64,000 nucleotides of DNA. It comes from a virus. The stretch is from IMG/VR virus record IMGVR_UViG_3300032086_003519, positions 1 to 64,000 of that record. One strand, 5' to 3'. Positions within the stretch are counted from its first letter, which is position 1. Each line of letters starts with the position of its first letter. The position numbers were made by a program, and so were the translations under genes. Shown piece by piece: positions 1 through 9,783 of the stretch. Under the pieces are notes generated by a model. The model was not told the origin of the DNA, searched no databases, and saw only the letters and a list, made by a program, of their open reading frames with translations.

Positions 1-312
1 GGAGTGCAATACAGACAAAATGGTGGAGCGATTGGGGGAATGGGACAAAATATGATGGATGCGATTGCAAAATCTCTTTCTATCTTTGATAATTTAGCAG
101 GGATGTTAAACAACATCGCTGTTATGTTCTCGAACCTACAAATATCACATACAATACAAGTTGACGGAACCTTAAATATTCCCGGATTCTCACAACAAGC
201 AATTAATAATATTGTTAATACAATTGGCGAACAAGTTGTTTCGCAGACCGAAGACAAAATTAATGTTGCATTAGATGAGTTCAACAGAAAACTAGACCAG
301 CGAGCAGACTAA
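1..312 (+). CDS. C-terminal fragment of a probable tail tape-measure protein (5' truncated by the window)
   Basis: The frame is open from base 1. It has a 'YRQNGGAIGG' motif and a helical C-terminus, and lies directly upstream of giant tail-type genes. The call is mainly positional. Confidence 0.45.
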   Translation, partial: GVQYRQNGGAIGGMGQNMMDAIAKSLSIFDNLAGMLNNIAVMFSNLQISHTIQVDGTLNIPGFSQQAINNIVNTIGEQVVSQTEDKINVALDEFNRKLDQRAD

Positions 313-321
313 GGAAGAGAG

Positions 322-3300
322 ATGGCAAAGAAAAAATCATCGGCATTATCATTTTCGATTGAGAGTGGAGACCAATCCACTTTTGATCTTTTTATGAAGT
401 CGCCCGAAAATATAAGAGACTTTACCAACTGGCAAGATAGAACATCTTCTTTAGAAGTTGATAGAGCTCGCGCCTTTGAAAAGACACCTTTTGATGTTAA
501 CTCTGATTCTTTTTCTACCTATGATAATATAGAAATAGCAAATGATGTTGCAATTGCATCAGTCCCAGATATTGATATTTGTCAGGTCGGTTACAATATT
601 AATATTAGTGCTTTCTTTAGGGTCAAAGTTACTATCAGCGTAGTCGATGGTTACAATGATCTTCCCGGAGGTAATATCCAATACGGAATGCCGTTTTTTT
701 ATATAGGTACTAGAGCAAGAACCTCAGAGTTCCATTTCGCACGATGCCAAGAAAATCAAGGGAATCCCTTAGTGCCGATATCGGAAAAAAGAGAGCTGCA
801 GTTTTTTGTAGCTTCAAATGATTATCTGGATGGAAGTAGCAATTCTGGGTTTGCAATTACTAATGCTATAGATCTACAGCCTCTAGAAAGAAGGCTTAGT
901 GTTATTCAAGATGCTTTTGCAAAAGCTTCTTTAGAAGAAGGTGATTTACCACCTTATTATAGGGGACAAACTTACCGTTGTAATGGTGTAGATTCTGGGA
1001 TTCCACTCCCCGCTGATAACCCCGGAATTCATGTACTCGCCGAAGATCAGGGATCTTCTTTTCTTGCTTTTAATATGTCTGGCGCACGAGAATTTGGGGA
1101 AGATGAACTTGGTGACGGTATTGTTACTGCTACAAGCGAATTTACAAAAAGTAGTAGTCTAGGCAACACCGTTGCATATAAAGTTGAGCTTATGCGATAT
1201 GATTGCAAGGGCTTCTGTTACGATAAGATAAGACATGAAGGTGCGGGTAGAGTAGACTATTTTACTCGTAGATCAGGATACCTGACTTCCGCTGACACCG
1301 CAAACAACACAGTCACTCTTGATACTACAGAACTGCAAGATGGAGACCTGATAAAAATAACTTCCGTTTTGGAGCCAACACCTGTATCATCAATAAATTC
1401 TTTGAATGGCCTACATTACGTTAGAAAATCTGGTAGCTCTTATGAGCTTTACTCTCAAGCAAATCTAACAGAAAGGCTAACAGTCACAGACTTTAGGGGT
1501 ATAACTTCTTCTACTTGGACTTTGCTTAAATCTGTAGATAATGATTCGCCGACTTCAAACTGGGCATATTCTAAAAGCGATTGTGGTATTAATCGTTGTG
1601 GCACAAAAGTTACACAGGATCAGGTTTTACATACAGAGACTACATACGACCAGATAACTTCCACTCCCGGTACCAATCCAAATGAATTAATTATTAGAGA
1701 TAAAAACTTTAATCTTGGTAAATCTATAGCGATTAGTAACACTGGCGCTATGGCTATTTCTCAGCCAGCTAGCCATTTGACTGTTACATATGACGAAACT
1801 GGTGTCGGTCGAAATCGCATTCTATTTTCAACAGACTACGTTGTTCCTGCTTCACTAGGTTCACGTCCAGAATTTGGAAGAAATAATACGCATAGTCTTT
1901 CCGTGCTTCCAGCACTTTACCTTGATGTGTGCGAAGAAGAGGTTGATGAAGCAACTGCTCCAGACGATCCTACCGGCTCAACTTACGGAGGTGAAGGTGA
2001 TATATTTGACACCCCTATGAGTGAGCCTGTTGTTTCCACTGATGGTGATAATGTAGACTTCTATAATTATGGCGATACTGATGACGATTTTTCAGGTAGT
2101 CCTGATTCTTCGGTTCCCGCCGGTAATTTCTCTGGAGATTCATCTTTGGATAAAGTTTATTCAATCCAGACACCTTATTTATTTGACACTGGCGAAAAGA
2201 TAAACTATGGATGTGTTTTTATTAGAGATACACTAGACTCAGCGAGTAGAGTAATTACTGCCGCTACCGACAATCCATTTATTAGTTCGTCGCCATCTGT
2301 TGTTCCCACTTATGTTGATTTATATTGGCACAAAGTATATGCACAGAATAAGGGTATCTTTTCTGATTACAACTTAGTCACAAATACTATACCTCATACG
2401 TTTGGTTCACTTTCTTTGAGAGATAATGGCGAGGGTGAGTATGAAGTTTTTGATATTAGAATTCTGCCTGATATCAGTACAAAATGGAAGTTTCACGGAC
2501 ATCCCTTAAGTAGGTCAAAAGTGAGAGCCACTTATCTTGCCGATTTTAATAACACAGAAAAATATACTGACGGATTTGGTATTGCAATTGCATTTGGTGA
2601 AGATGGTGAACTTTACGCTGCAGACCAGACAGACCATTACGGCACAGCCTTTTCATTGTTTAGTGATACATTACTATTCGATTATGATCATCAGCAGCCT
2701 AGATCTTTCGATCCTGAATATCCATATTATTCTGAGGGCGCAGATTTTGGTTTAGCTCAGGGAGAATTAGTAACTACCAAGAAGCAAGAAAATTTAGCTT
2801 TACAAGATTTTGCAGATAACCACACAAAAACACGTAGGCAGATGCATGAATTTTCGGGTCAGCTATTTTCTGTTCACATCAAACTTAAAAACTCAACTCA
2901 GGTTATTCCGTATAATACTGCAGACAGTGTTTCAATTGCTTCTGATTCTGATAAGGTTTTTATATCTGATGGGGCGGATATAAAGGTTCTTACTAAAGAG
3001 TCCGAAATTTCTTTTGGGACAAAGACCGCAAATGTCATTAACGTTGCGAGATTTACGTCATTTTTTGATAATGGAAGATATCAAAGCGTTAGAGATGCGC
3101 TTGAAAATCCTAGAATATTTCCTGCTCCAGCAAGTATGTTCGATGGCCACACCTTGTTAAGTCAAGACAATTCTTTTGCACCTAGTTACGATACTTACAA
3201 TTCTGCGACTAGCCCTTTATATAAAGTCAGTCCGTTTTTTGGTGGTCTCATTCAAGGATCTTTTGAAACAAACTTACTAGCTTCCAATGCGGGCGGTGAA

Positions 3301-6300
3301 TTGCGTTGGATATTTGATTATTTTTACAAAGAAGGAGATCCTTACGATCCCTTCAACTATCAAAATGACGCAACGGTTGCAGCAATACAAAACGTACCTA
3401 CCTCTGATACATCTCAGGGTAGCACAAAAATTACCTATTACACATTCTCTGAAAGTTATATTCCTGACGCAGAACCTAAATTCAGGGTTAAGGATAATAT
3501 ACTCGGTTTTATAAAAACAACAAGTATTGACGAATTTGGTTTGTATGGAGGTATTGCTAAAAGATTAGTTCTTTATGATACTTCAAAGTCTAGACCAGAA
3601 TTTTTGCAAAGAATTACAGCTGCCGTGCCGGGTTATGGTAGCGTTCAGGATGCAAGATATGATTTAAACGAAGTCATCAACGGAGACAATTCAGCTCCTT
3701 TAGACTTTTCTGGGTTTGATATTGCGGGAGGCAAAATATTCACCTCAATTGTTGATAATGAAAATGACATTTCTACTAGTGGATTAACTGTTACAAGACT
3801 TCCAGAAGGAAGGGCTTATGCAATATTCACGGATACTGGAATGTCGCCACTTCCTAGATCCGTGCCTTTGGGAGAATCGACTGAATCAGTGCTGCCATTC
3901 TTCTCTTTTGCGGAGGATTTTTCCGACAGTTCACCTTATAATTTAAATGATATTTATCAATATAACCGCAATGAGGGTTCTTTTATTAGTGGTAGTTCTT
4001 TTGACATAAACAACTCTCATAGGGCTCCTGTTGTGGTCTTTAGTGTTAAAGAATTTACCAAGAATGGTCAGGCCATTGCTATTCCAATAGCTGTAAATTT
4101 CCAAGTCGATGTCGATTCAAATACTACTTTTCCTGATGGCAATGTTGTCTTACCAGCAATACGTCTCTACGCTGACGATCCTAGACTTACTATAGAACAG
4201 GCGGGAGAGGTTTCTGGATCAGATTTAGTTTTTGGTCAAGATAGTAGCGACTTTACGCCGCTTTATTTTGGGGGTGTTCAAAATGCAAAGAGGTTTATTA
4301 TCACACCTACATATAGATTTACAGGTGGAAGATATATAGGTACTGCTTCAATCGACCAATCTCAAAGGTCAGATGGGCTACAAGCCGGAGGTATTCTTAG
4401 TCACTACAGGCCGCTATCCGCTGCCGACAATAGGACTCTTAGATATAATGACGGAAATGGAAATGCTCTTACTGAAGAATTAGATGCCTATGGAAACAGG
4501 ATTCCTGCAAGCTATGTTTTGGAATTTGATGACGTAAATAAAGATAGCTATAATGCCTCGTTTAAAAAGGGTCAAAAATCTTTGATGGTTTCTTTATTGT
4601 CTTGGAGTGATGAGTACAGAGCTGAACGCCCTAGACAAGGCGGTTTTTATGATGAAGATGTTGAAGCCTATAGGAAAGCGTATACAAAGATGAATTACAA
4701 TGAGGAAAACCCTCATTCGTACATAAATAATGCAAGAGTTTCAGTTGATGTGACTTATAGAGAATACGATTTAGCTAGAGTCAGAAGGTTTGCTTGTAAT
4801 GGTAATTGGCATCTACTAGAAAATCCTAATCCAGATCTTTTGTTCAATGGTCCTGAAATTTCTACCTTAGATTTGGTAAGGGCTGGTGTCGGCAAATCAC
4901 AGCCTTACCTCAATGAATCTGTTGAGGTTTTGTTAGGAACAGAAAGTGATAGTATACAAGTTGTCTCGCCTCAGTTAGCTTTTGACACTCCTAAACCAGA
5001 CTTTTTGTCTCTGATGATCAGCAATGTAGCTACCGAAAATAATGATGCTGATTTGTTTACTAGAGGGCATATTGTATCTACTGGTAATGTTGATTTACAT
5101 ATTTCTGGTGTTCGTCTTGCTTACAATTTTGCAACCCTACACTTAGGCGAAGTCAAAGTTGATAATGATTTCGATATTAGTATTCCTGAAGTTATAGGAT
5201 TTGAGTGTGATGGCATTTCTCTTGCTCTTTTACCGCCTACAGGTACTCATGAGCAGGCAACAAGTTCTTTGGTATTTCCGGGTGCGACTGGGGTGAACGA
5301 AGGACTCTCGTTATCAGTTAACCCAACGTACACTAGTGGTGCCTTTGATTTCTATGTTCAGGGTGGTCTTGGTAGTGGAAATATGGACGTTGCAATTTCT
5401 GGAGTTCATGGTGTAAGTAATTCCATGCCTTGTGTTGAGGGGAATCTCTTTATTGGGGCAATGACAGGTCCGTCTAGTGGTATCATGCCTCTGCATATAA
5501 ATAGGTTTACAGAAAGCGGAGTAATGCCCTTGTTTATGGAACCCGGCAATTCTTCAGGTGTCATGCCGCTTTCTATCAACACGCAGCCAATTCATAGTAG
5601 CGGTACTCTTTTCTCTAGGGGCCATCAAAGTGATGACTCTGAAACAACTCTGTTTATTGGTAGACAGTTTGATGAAAAGCGTATGGACTTATCCGTTAGT
5701 GGCCCTGTTGAATTTAATGGAGATATGACGCTACACGCTTCAGGCGCTGTAATTCCAACCGCCAATTCGCTAACTAATAATTATTCTCATTCTTGCGAAC
5801 TGTTGAAAACTGAGAACAAATTTGATTTGAGTCCTAGCTCAGAAAAACTGATCCCTCTGACGAAGGCAAACTCAATATCTAGAAATACACACTTACCCGG
5901 AAGCTCCTTCAAGTATGGGTATTATTCACCTCTTAGCCCCGGAAATAGACTAAATAATTTTACTCAATCTTCAGCAAATATTTTTTATGACCAAGAGTTA
6001 TCTAGAGAGGCTGTTGCGTCAAACAGAAGTATATTAGCTGTTGGTTCAAATGTTTCTGCTTTGTCAAGCGACGTGCAGTCGTTGCAAATTTTTGAATACA
6101 TTGATGGAGACAGCTTAGATCTTAAATTTACTTATGACAATTTTTATGAAGATATGATTAACCTTCAGGTCATAGGCGACAATGACTCTGGAATGCTTAT
6201 AAGATATAAATCTGTAGATGTCTCTGAATATAATACAATTGCAGTTTCTATTAGATTTAGAACAGCTAATGGATTAAGAGATGCTGTGTGCATACTTCAA

Positions 6301-8295
6301 CCAGCAACATTAACCGCTACCCGATATGGCAAGCCAACATATGACCTGTGTGCAATAGAACCATCTTTTACAATCCCGTCTACAACTGAAAACATAGATG
6401 GTTGGATAATGACGTATGCAAAAGTTGGAGATTTTATAAACGAAGATGAAGCTGCACTAAAATCTAATAACTATCTAGGCAACACTGTACAGTGGAAAGA
6501 TCTAGATCTTTACTATGATAAACAAAGTAAAAACTACGGCTCAGTTTATTATTTACAGTATTCAGATAATTATGCAACAGAAAATTTGGCGTTTTCATTT
6601 AATTCGACCTCCGATGGACAGGGATACTATTCAAACAGATACAATATACCTGAAGGAACAAAAGTTGGCTTTGGTTCTAAATTCAAGATTGACGGCGATT
6701 ATGCTGTGGTATCAGCCCCTCTGTTTGATTCTTTCATTGCTAATAATAATCTTTCAGTTATGCATGCCCCTTCACCTGAAGGGTCCGCCTATGTCTACAG
6801 GTTTGATTCCGAGTGGATTTATGTTGACGCGATTTATTCTGGAGGATATACATCTTCTGATATTTCTGGAGTATCCGACTGCGCTTACAATTATGCTTTA
6901 TTTGGATATGATGTTGATCTTAACAAAGACAGCAAGTACATAGCCGTATCTGAGCCGGGAACTAATACCATATACAAATACATTATACATGACAATGATA
7001 CTGTTTCGTCTATTGATAGTTACACAGATGACACCTCCGCCAGATTTGGAAGCTCTTTGAATTTATGTTCAAATAGTATTCTAACTAATGACATTCAGTT
7101 TATTAAAGACCCAGTACACGATTACAGTTTTGCATTTACACCGCAAGAAAATGTGCAAGAAGTAGAGCAGTACAATCCTTCCTCTTCATCCACTATCTCG
7201 GTTTCTAGTCAATTCACATTTGTGAAAATGATTAAACCTTTTGGTGTGCCGAAACTTTTGGCAGGAAGAACATTCAGAGTTCGCTTTGCTGCTCAACCAG
7301 AACTTATCATAGAAAAAATTTCTATATTAGACATTAGACAAAATTCCGGTAATCTATTTATAAGTGGGCCGATACTTTCTAATAGTGAGCAAGACCTACT
7401 ATATTATAGACCATTTGAGAGTGGCACTAATGATATGTCACTTCAGTTCGCTTCAATTGGTGTGAATTCTGGAATACCACTTCATGTCCACGTTCCAGAT
7501 CCGGCTAGTGGAGATATGTCCTTACATTTGCGTCAAGCAGAGAAATTTGAAACTACACTATTTATAGGTGCTGAATTTACAGACACTACTTTTGCTTCAG
7601 ATCTGAGTATTAGTGGGCCAATAGCTAGTACATTAGAAAAAGACTTGTTCGCTGGTGGAGTAGAAGTAGAAGCTAATGATAGAGATCTTTATATACTCGG
7701 AGGTTTAGCTGCGCAGCGCGGACAAGATATGTTTATCAAGCAGGACGATTTGATTAGTGCGTCTGGCGCTAATGAATTATTCCTAGAAGGCATTTATGGA
7801 GGAACAGGCAATATAGTCAAGACCTCTACATTGTATCTTGGAGCAGGCAACTTTGGCCCTGCCAGTGGAATTTCTACACTAGCACTAAAGACAGACGAAT
7901 TTGGAAGAGCTAGTGGTATCACTACGTTAGCAATTGCCCAAGACCCTGCAAGCGGAGTATTTGACGGAACGTTTGCTGCTTCTGTTGGTGGCTCTGGAGT
8001 ATCTGATACAACTGGCTTCTTCAGAGAAAATGGAACTGCGAATTTAATAATTGCTGCTACAGCACCTGCATCTGGCATTAATACGCTTTATCTGCACCGA
8101 AAAGGTATTGGCGGCGGTGAAGAATTGGATGCAAACAGCAACCTAATTGTGTATAATCTTACAGAAGCTTCAAATGTTAATTTAGCTGTTTCAGGAGCCA
8201 ATATTGCTACGGCGGATATGAATATAGCAATATCAGGAGTTGTAGGATTGGGCACAGGAATTATGCCTGCATTTGTTAGAGGTTATCAAGACTAA
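322..8295 (+). CDS. 2657-aa virion structural protein (tail/baseplate or adhesin) with FG-GAP-like propeller repeats and Ser-Gly repeat tracts
   Basis: RBS AAGGAAGAG precedes the ATG. The protein is acidic and S/T/G/D-rich. It has FG-GAP-like motifs (GFGSKFKIDGDYAVVSAP..GSAYVY, FGYDVDL, FGSSLNL) and repeated 'SG-x-M-P-L-x-I' units. Confidence 0.6.
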   Translation: MAKKKSSALSFSIESGDQSTFDLFMKSPENIRDFTNWQDRTSSLEVDRARAFEKTPFDVNSDSFSTYDNIEIANDVAIASVPDIDICQVGYNINISAFFRVKVTISVVDGYNDLPGGNIQYGMPFFYIGTRARTSEFHFARCQENQGNPLVPISEKRELQFFVASNDYLDGSSNSGFAITNAIDLQPLERRLSVIQDAFAKASLEEGDLPPYYRGQTYRCNGVDSGIPLPADNPGIHVLAEDQGSSFLAFNMSGAREFGEDELGDGIVTATSEFTKSSSLGNTVAYKVELMRYDCKGFCYDKIRHEGAGRVDYFTRRSGYLTSADTANNTVTLDTTELQDGDLIKITSVLEPTPVSSINSLNGLHYVRKSGSSYELYSQANLTERLTVTDFRGITSSTWTLLKSVDNDSPTSNWAYSKSDCGINRCGTKVTQDQVLHTETTYDQITSTPGTNPNELIIRDKNFNLGKSIAISNTGAMAISQPASHLTVTYDETGVGRNRILFSTDYVVPASLGSRPEFGRNNTHSLSVLPALYLDVCEEEVDEATAPDDPTGSTYGGEGDIFDTPMSEPVVSTDGDNVDFYNYGDTDDDFSGSPDSSVPAGNFSGDSSLDKVYSIQTPYLFDTGEKINYGCVFIRDTLDSASRVITAATDNPFISSSPSVVPTYVDLYWHKVYAQNKGIFSDYNLVTNTIPHTFGSLSLRDNGEGEYEVFDIRILPDISTKWKFHGHPLSRSKVRATYLADFNNTEKYTDGFGIAIAFGEDGELYAADQTDHYGTAFSLFSDTLLFDYDHQQPRSFDPEYPYYSEGADFGLAQGELVTTKKQENLALQDFADNHTKTRRQMHEFSGQLFSVHIKLKNSTQVIPYNTADSVSIASDSDKVFISDGADIKVLTKESEISFGTKTANVINVARFTSFFDNGRYQSVRDALENPRIFPAPASMFDGHTLLSQDNSFAPSYDTYNSATSPLYKVSPFFGGLIQGSFETNLLASNAGGELRWIFDYFYKEGDPYDPFNYQNDATVAAIQNVPTSDTSQGSTKITYYTFSESYIPDAEPKFRVKDNILGFIKTTSIDEFGLYGGIAKRLVLYDTSKSRPEFLQRITAAVPGYGSVQDARYDLNEVINGDNSAPLDFSGFDIAGGKIFTSIVDNENDISTSGLTVTRLPEGRAYAIFTDTGMSPLPRSVPLGESTESVLPFFSFAEDFSDSSPYNLNDIYQYNRNEGSFISGSSFDINNSHRAPVVVFSVKEFTKNGQAIAIPIAVNFQVDVDSNTTFPDGNVVLPAIRLYADDPRLTIEQAGEVSGSDLVFGQDSSDFTPLYFGGVQNAKRFIITPTYRFTGGRYIGTASIDQSQRSDGLQAGGILSHYRPLSAADNRTLRYNDGNGNALTEELDAYGNRIPASYVLEFDDVNKDSYNASFKKGQKSLMVSLLSWSDEYRAERPRQGGFYDEDVEAYRKAYTKMNYNEENPHSYINNARVSVDVTYREYDLARVRRFACNGNWHLLENPNPDLLFNGPEISTLDLVRAGVGKSQPYLNESVEVLLGTESDSIQVVSPQLAFDTPKPDFLSLMISNVATENNDADLFTRGHIVSTGNVDLHISGVRLAYNFATLHLGEVKVDNDFDISIPEVIGFECDGISLALLPPTGTHEQATSSLVFPGATGVNEGLSLSVNPTYTSGAFDFYVQGGLGSGNMDVAISGVHGVSNSMPCVEGNLFIGAMTGPSSGIMPLHINRFTESGVMPLFMEPGNSSGVMPLSINTQPIHSSGTLFSRGHQSDDSETTLFIGRQFDEKRMDLSVSGPVEFNGDMTLHASGAVIPTANSLTNNYSHSCELLKTENKFDLSPSSEKLIPLTKANSISRNTHLPGSSFKYGYYSPLSPGNRLNNFTQSSANIFYDQELSREAVASNRSILAVGSNVSALSSDVQSLQIFEYIDGDSLDLKFTYDNFYEDMINLQVIGDNDSGMLIRYKSVDVSEYNTIAVSIRFRTANGLRDAVCILQPATLTATRYGKPTYDLCAIEPSFTIPSTTENIDGWIMTYAKVGDFINEDEAALKSNNYLGNTVQWKDLDLYYDKQSKNYGSVYYLQYSDNYATENLAFSFNSTSDGQGYYSNRYNIPEGTKVGFGSKFKIDGDYAVVSAPLFDSFIANNNLSVMHAPSPEGSAYVYRFDSEWIYVDAIYSGGYTSSDISGVSDCAYNYALFGYDVDLNKDSKYIAVSEPGTNTIYKYIIHDNDTVSSIDSYTDDTSARFGSSLNLCSNSILTNDIQFIKDPVHDYSFAFTPQENVQEVEQYNPSSSSTISVSSQFTFVKMIKPFGVPKLLAGRTFRVRFAAQPELIIEKISILDIRQNSGNLFISGPILSNSEQDLLYYRPFESGTNDMSLQFASIGVNSGIPLHVHVPDPASGDMSLHLRQAEKFETTLFIGAEFTDTTFASDLSISGPIASTLEKDLFAGGVEVEANDRDLYILGGLAAQRGQDMFIKQDDLISASGANELFLEGIYGGTGNIVKTSTLYLGAGNFGPASGISTLALKTDEFGRASGITTLAIAQDPASGVFDGTFAASVGGSGVSDTTGFFRENGTANLIIAATAPASGINTLYLHRKGIGGGEELDANSNLIVYNLTEASNVNLAVSGANIATADMNIAISGVVGLGTGIMPAFVRGYQD

Positions 8296-8306
8296 GGAGT
8301 TTATAA

Positions 8307-9782
8307 ATGGCAGTAACATTTAATCCCATTGGGGGATCGCAGATTACCATAGGAGGAACTAGCTCGACTGGCCCGTTTCCTAAGTATTCTATAAATACTG
8401 AGAGAGTCGAGACCGGCGACGGAACTTTAATTGACTTAATATATAATATTAGTGTCACTGGCCAAATCATTGCAGAGGGCGACATAACAACTCCCGGCGC
8501 TCGCCAAGATAATCTGATGAGCAAGATGATTTCCAGATTAGCCCTTATGGAAAATGAAGTTCCTGTTGGTAGGCTTGAAATAGTATCTTATGGTGGTCTT
8601 TCTAACGACTTAACATTTAGCGATGCTGTTCTTACTGGAGTTGAATACGGTGATCAGGATGATTCTGGTTCCGTACAGTTCCAAGACTACACATTCACTT
8701 TTGTTGCCCATAAAAGAGATGGCCAAAAAATAGGTAATACCTATTCTCTCGCTAGCGCCGAAGAAACTTGGGAGATAGCAGAAAACACTGAGAGAACTTT
8801 TAACGGTAATACCCTCACCGGAATTCCTCTAAAAACTTTTACAATTACACATACGGTAAATGCTACTGGGTATCATAGAACAAATGATTCCTCATACCTA
8901 GAATCTGCGTGGTCAGAAGCTAAAGACTGGGTTTTAAGTAGGCTTGTTGACAGCCCTGATGCTACTATTGGTCTTGATATGGCAGACAAGGCTAGGTTTA
9001 CGGATTTTATTCCTGTCTACATGGGGACTACTTCTGCGGATTTCATTAATCTTGGCTCAGAGGAATATTATAATCACAATCGTGTGGCTAATTCTGACTT
9101 GGCTGGCGGGTCTTATTCCGTAACTGAAACTTGGTTTGTCTCCAAAGAATCAGTCACACACGACGTGGAGATTAACTACGACCTAAGTGAAGAGCAGGTC
9201 GCCTCTGTTGTAGTTAATGGCACAATAGCAGGATTGAGCACTTCTAGTTTTGAAAGCAAAGAAGAAAACAAAGTAACTCAAGCAGAAGCTGTTTTGGATT
9301 CAGTTTTAGGTCAAGCCTACACTCTTGCTAGTGCTTTTTACGATACAGTTAAAGAGTCGGGAGCTAATGGTTTAACTAATAATGTGTTATCAAAAAGTGT
9401 TGCAAAAAGCCCTGTAGCTGGTACTATTACTTATACGGTTAACTTTAGTGATAAAGAAAAAGATAATGACGACACTATTACTGAGACTTTGACAGTTACA
9501 GATGACAATGAAAATAGAACAGTTAAAACTATAGCAGTTATAGCTGTTATTGGAAAGGCTGACGGTCCAATTTTTCAGGACATGTCAACAACTCCAGAGA
9601 GAAGGAGAAGCGTAGCCATAGATTGGACCATGAAAAAAGATAAAAGGGATGCCAAGCCTACGTCAGAAGCTGTCGCTGCTGCATATGCATACCAGCCAAC
9701 TGGAGCATTTGAAGTAGCTCGATCAGAATCTTGGACTCCATCAACTGGTGCTTATACATTAAATATAGATTGGACTTATTAA
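8307..9782 (+). CDS. putative tail structural protein (491 aa)
   Basis: RBS TAAGGAG. Thr/Ser-rich, beta-strand-like composition; ends in DWTY; sits in the structural operon. Confidence 0.5.
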   Translation: MAVTFNPIGGSQITIGGTSSTGPFPKYSINTERVETGDGTLIDLIYNISVTGQIIAEGDITTPGARQDNLMSKMISRLALMENEVPVGRLEIVSYGGLSNDLTFSDAVLTGVEYGDQDDSGSVQFQDYTFTFVAHKRDGQKIGNTYSLASAEETWEIAENTERTFNGNTLTGIPLKTFTITHTVNATGYHRTNDSSYLESAWSEAKDWVLSRLVDSPDATIGLDMADKARFTDFIPVYMGTTSADFINLGSEEYYNHNRVANSDLAGGSYSVTETWFVSKESVTHDVEINYDLSEEQVASVVVNGTIAGLSTSSFESKEENKVTQAEAVLDSVLGQAYTLASAFYDTVKESGANGLTNNVLSKSVAKSPVAGTITYTVNFSDKEKDNDDTITETLTVTDDNENRTVKTIAVIAVIGKADGPIFQDMSTTPERRRSVAIDWTMKKDKRDAKPTSEAVAAAYAYQPTGAFEVARSESWTPSTGAYTLNIDWTY

Positions 9783-9783
9783 T

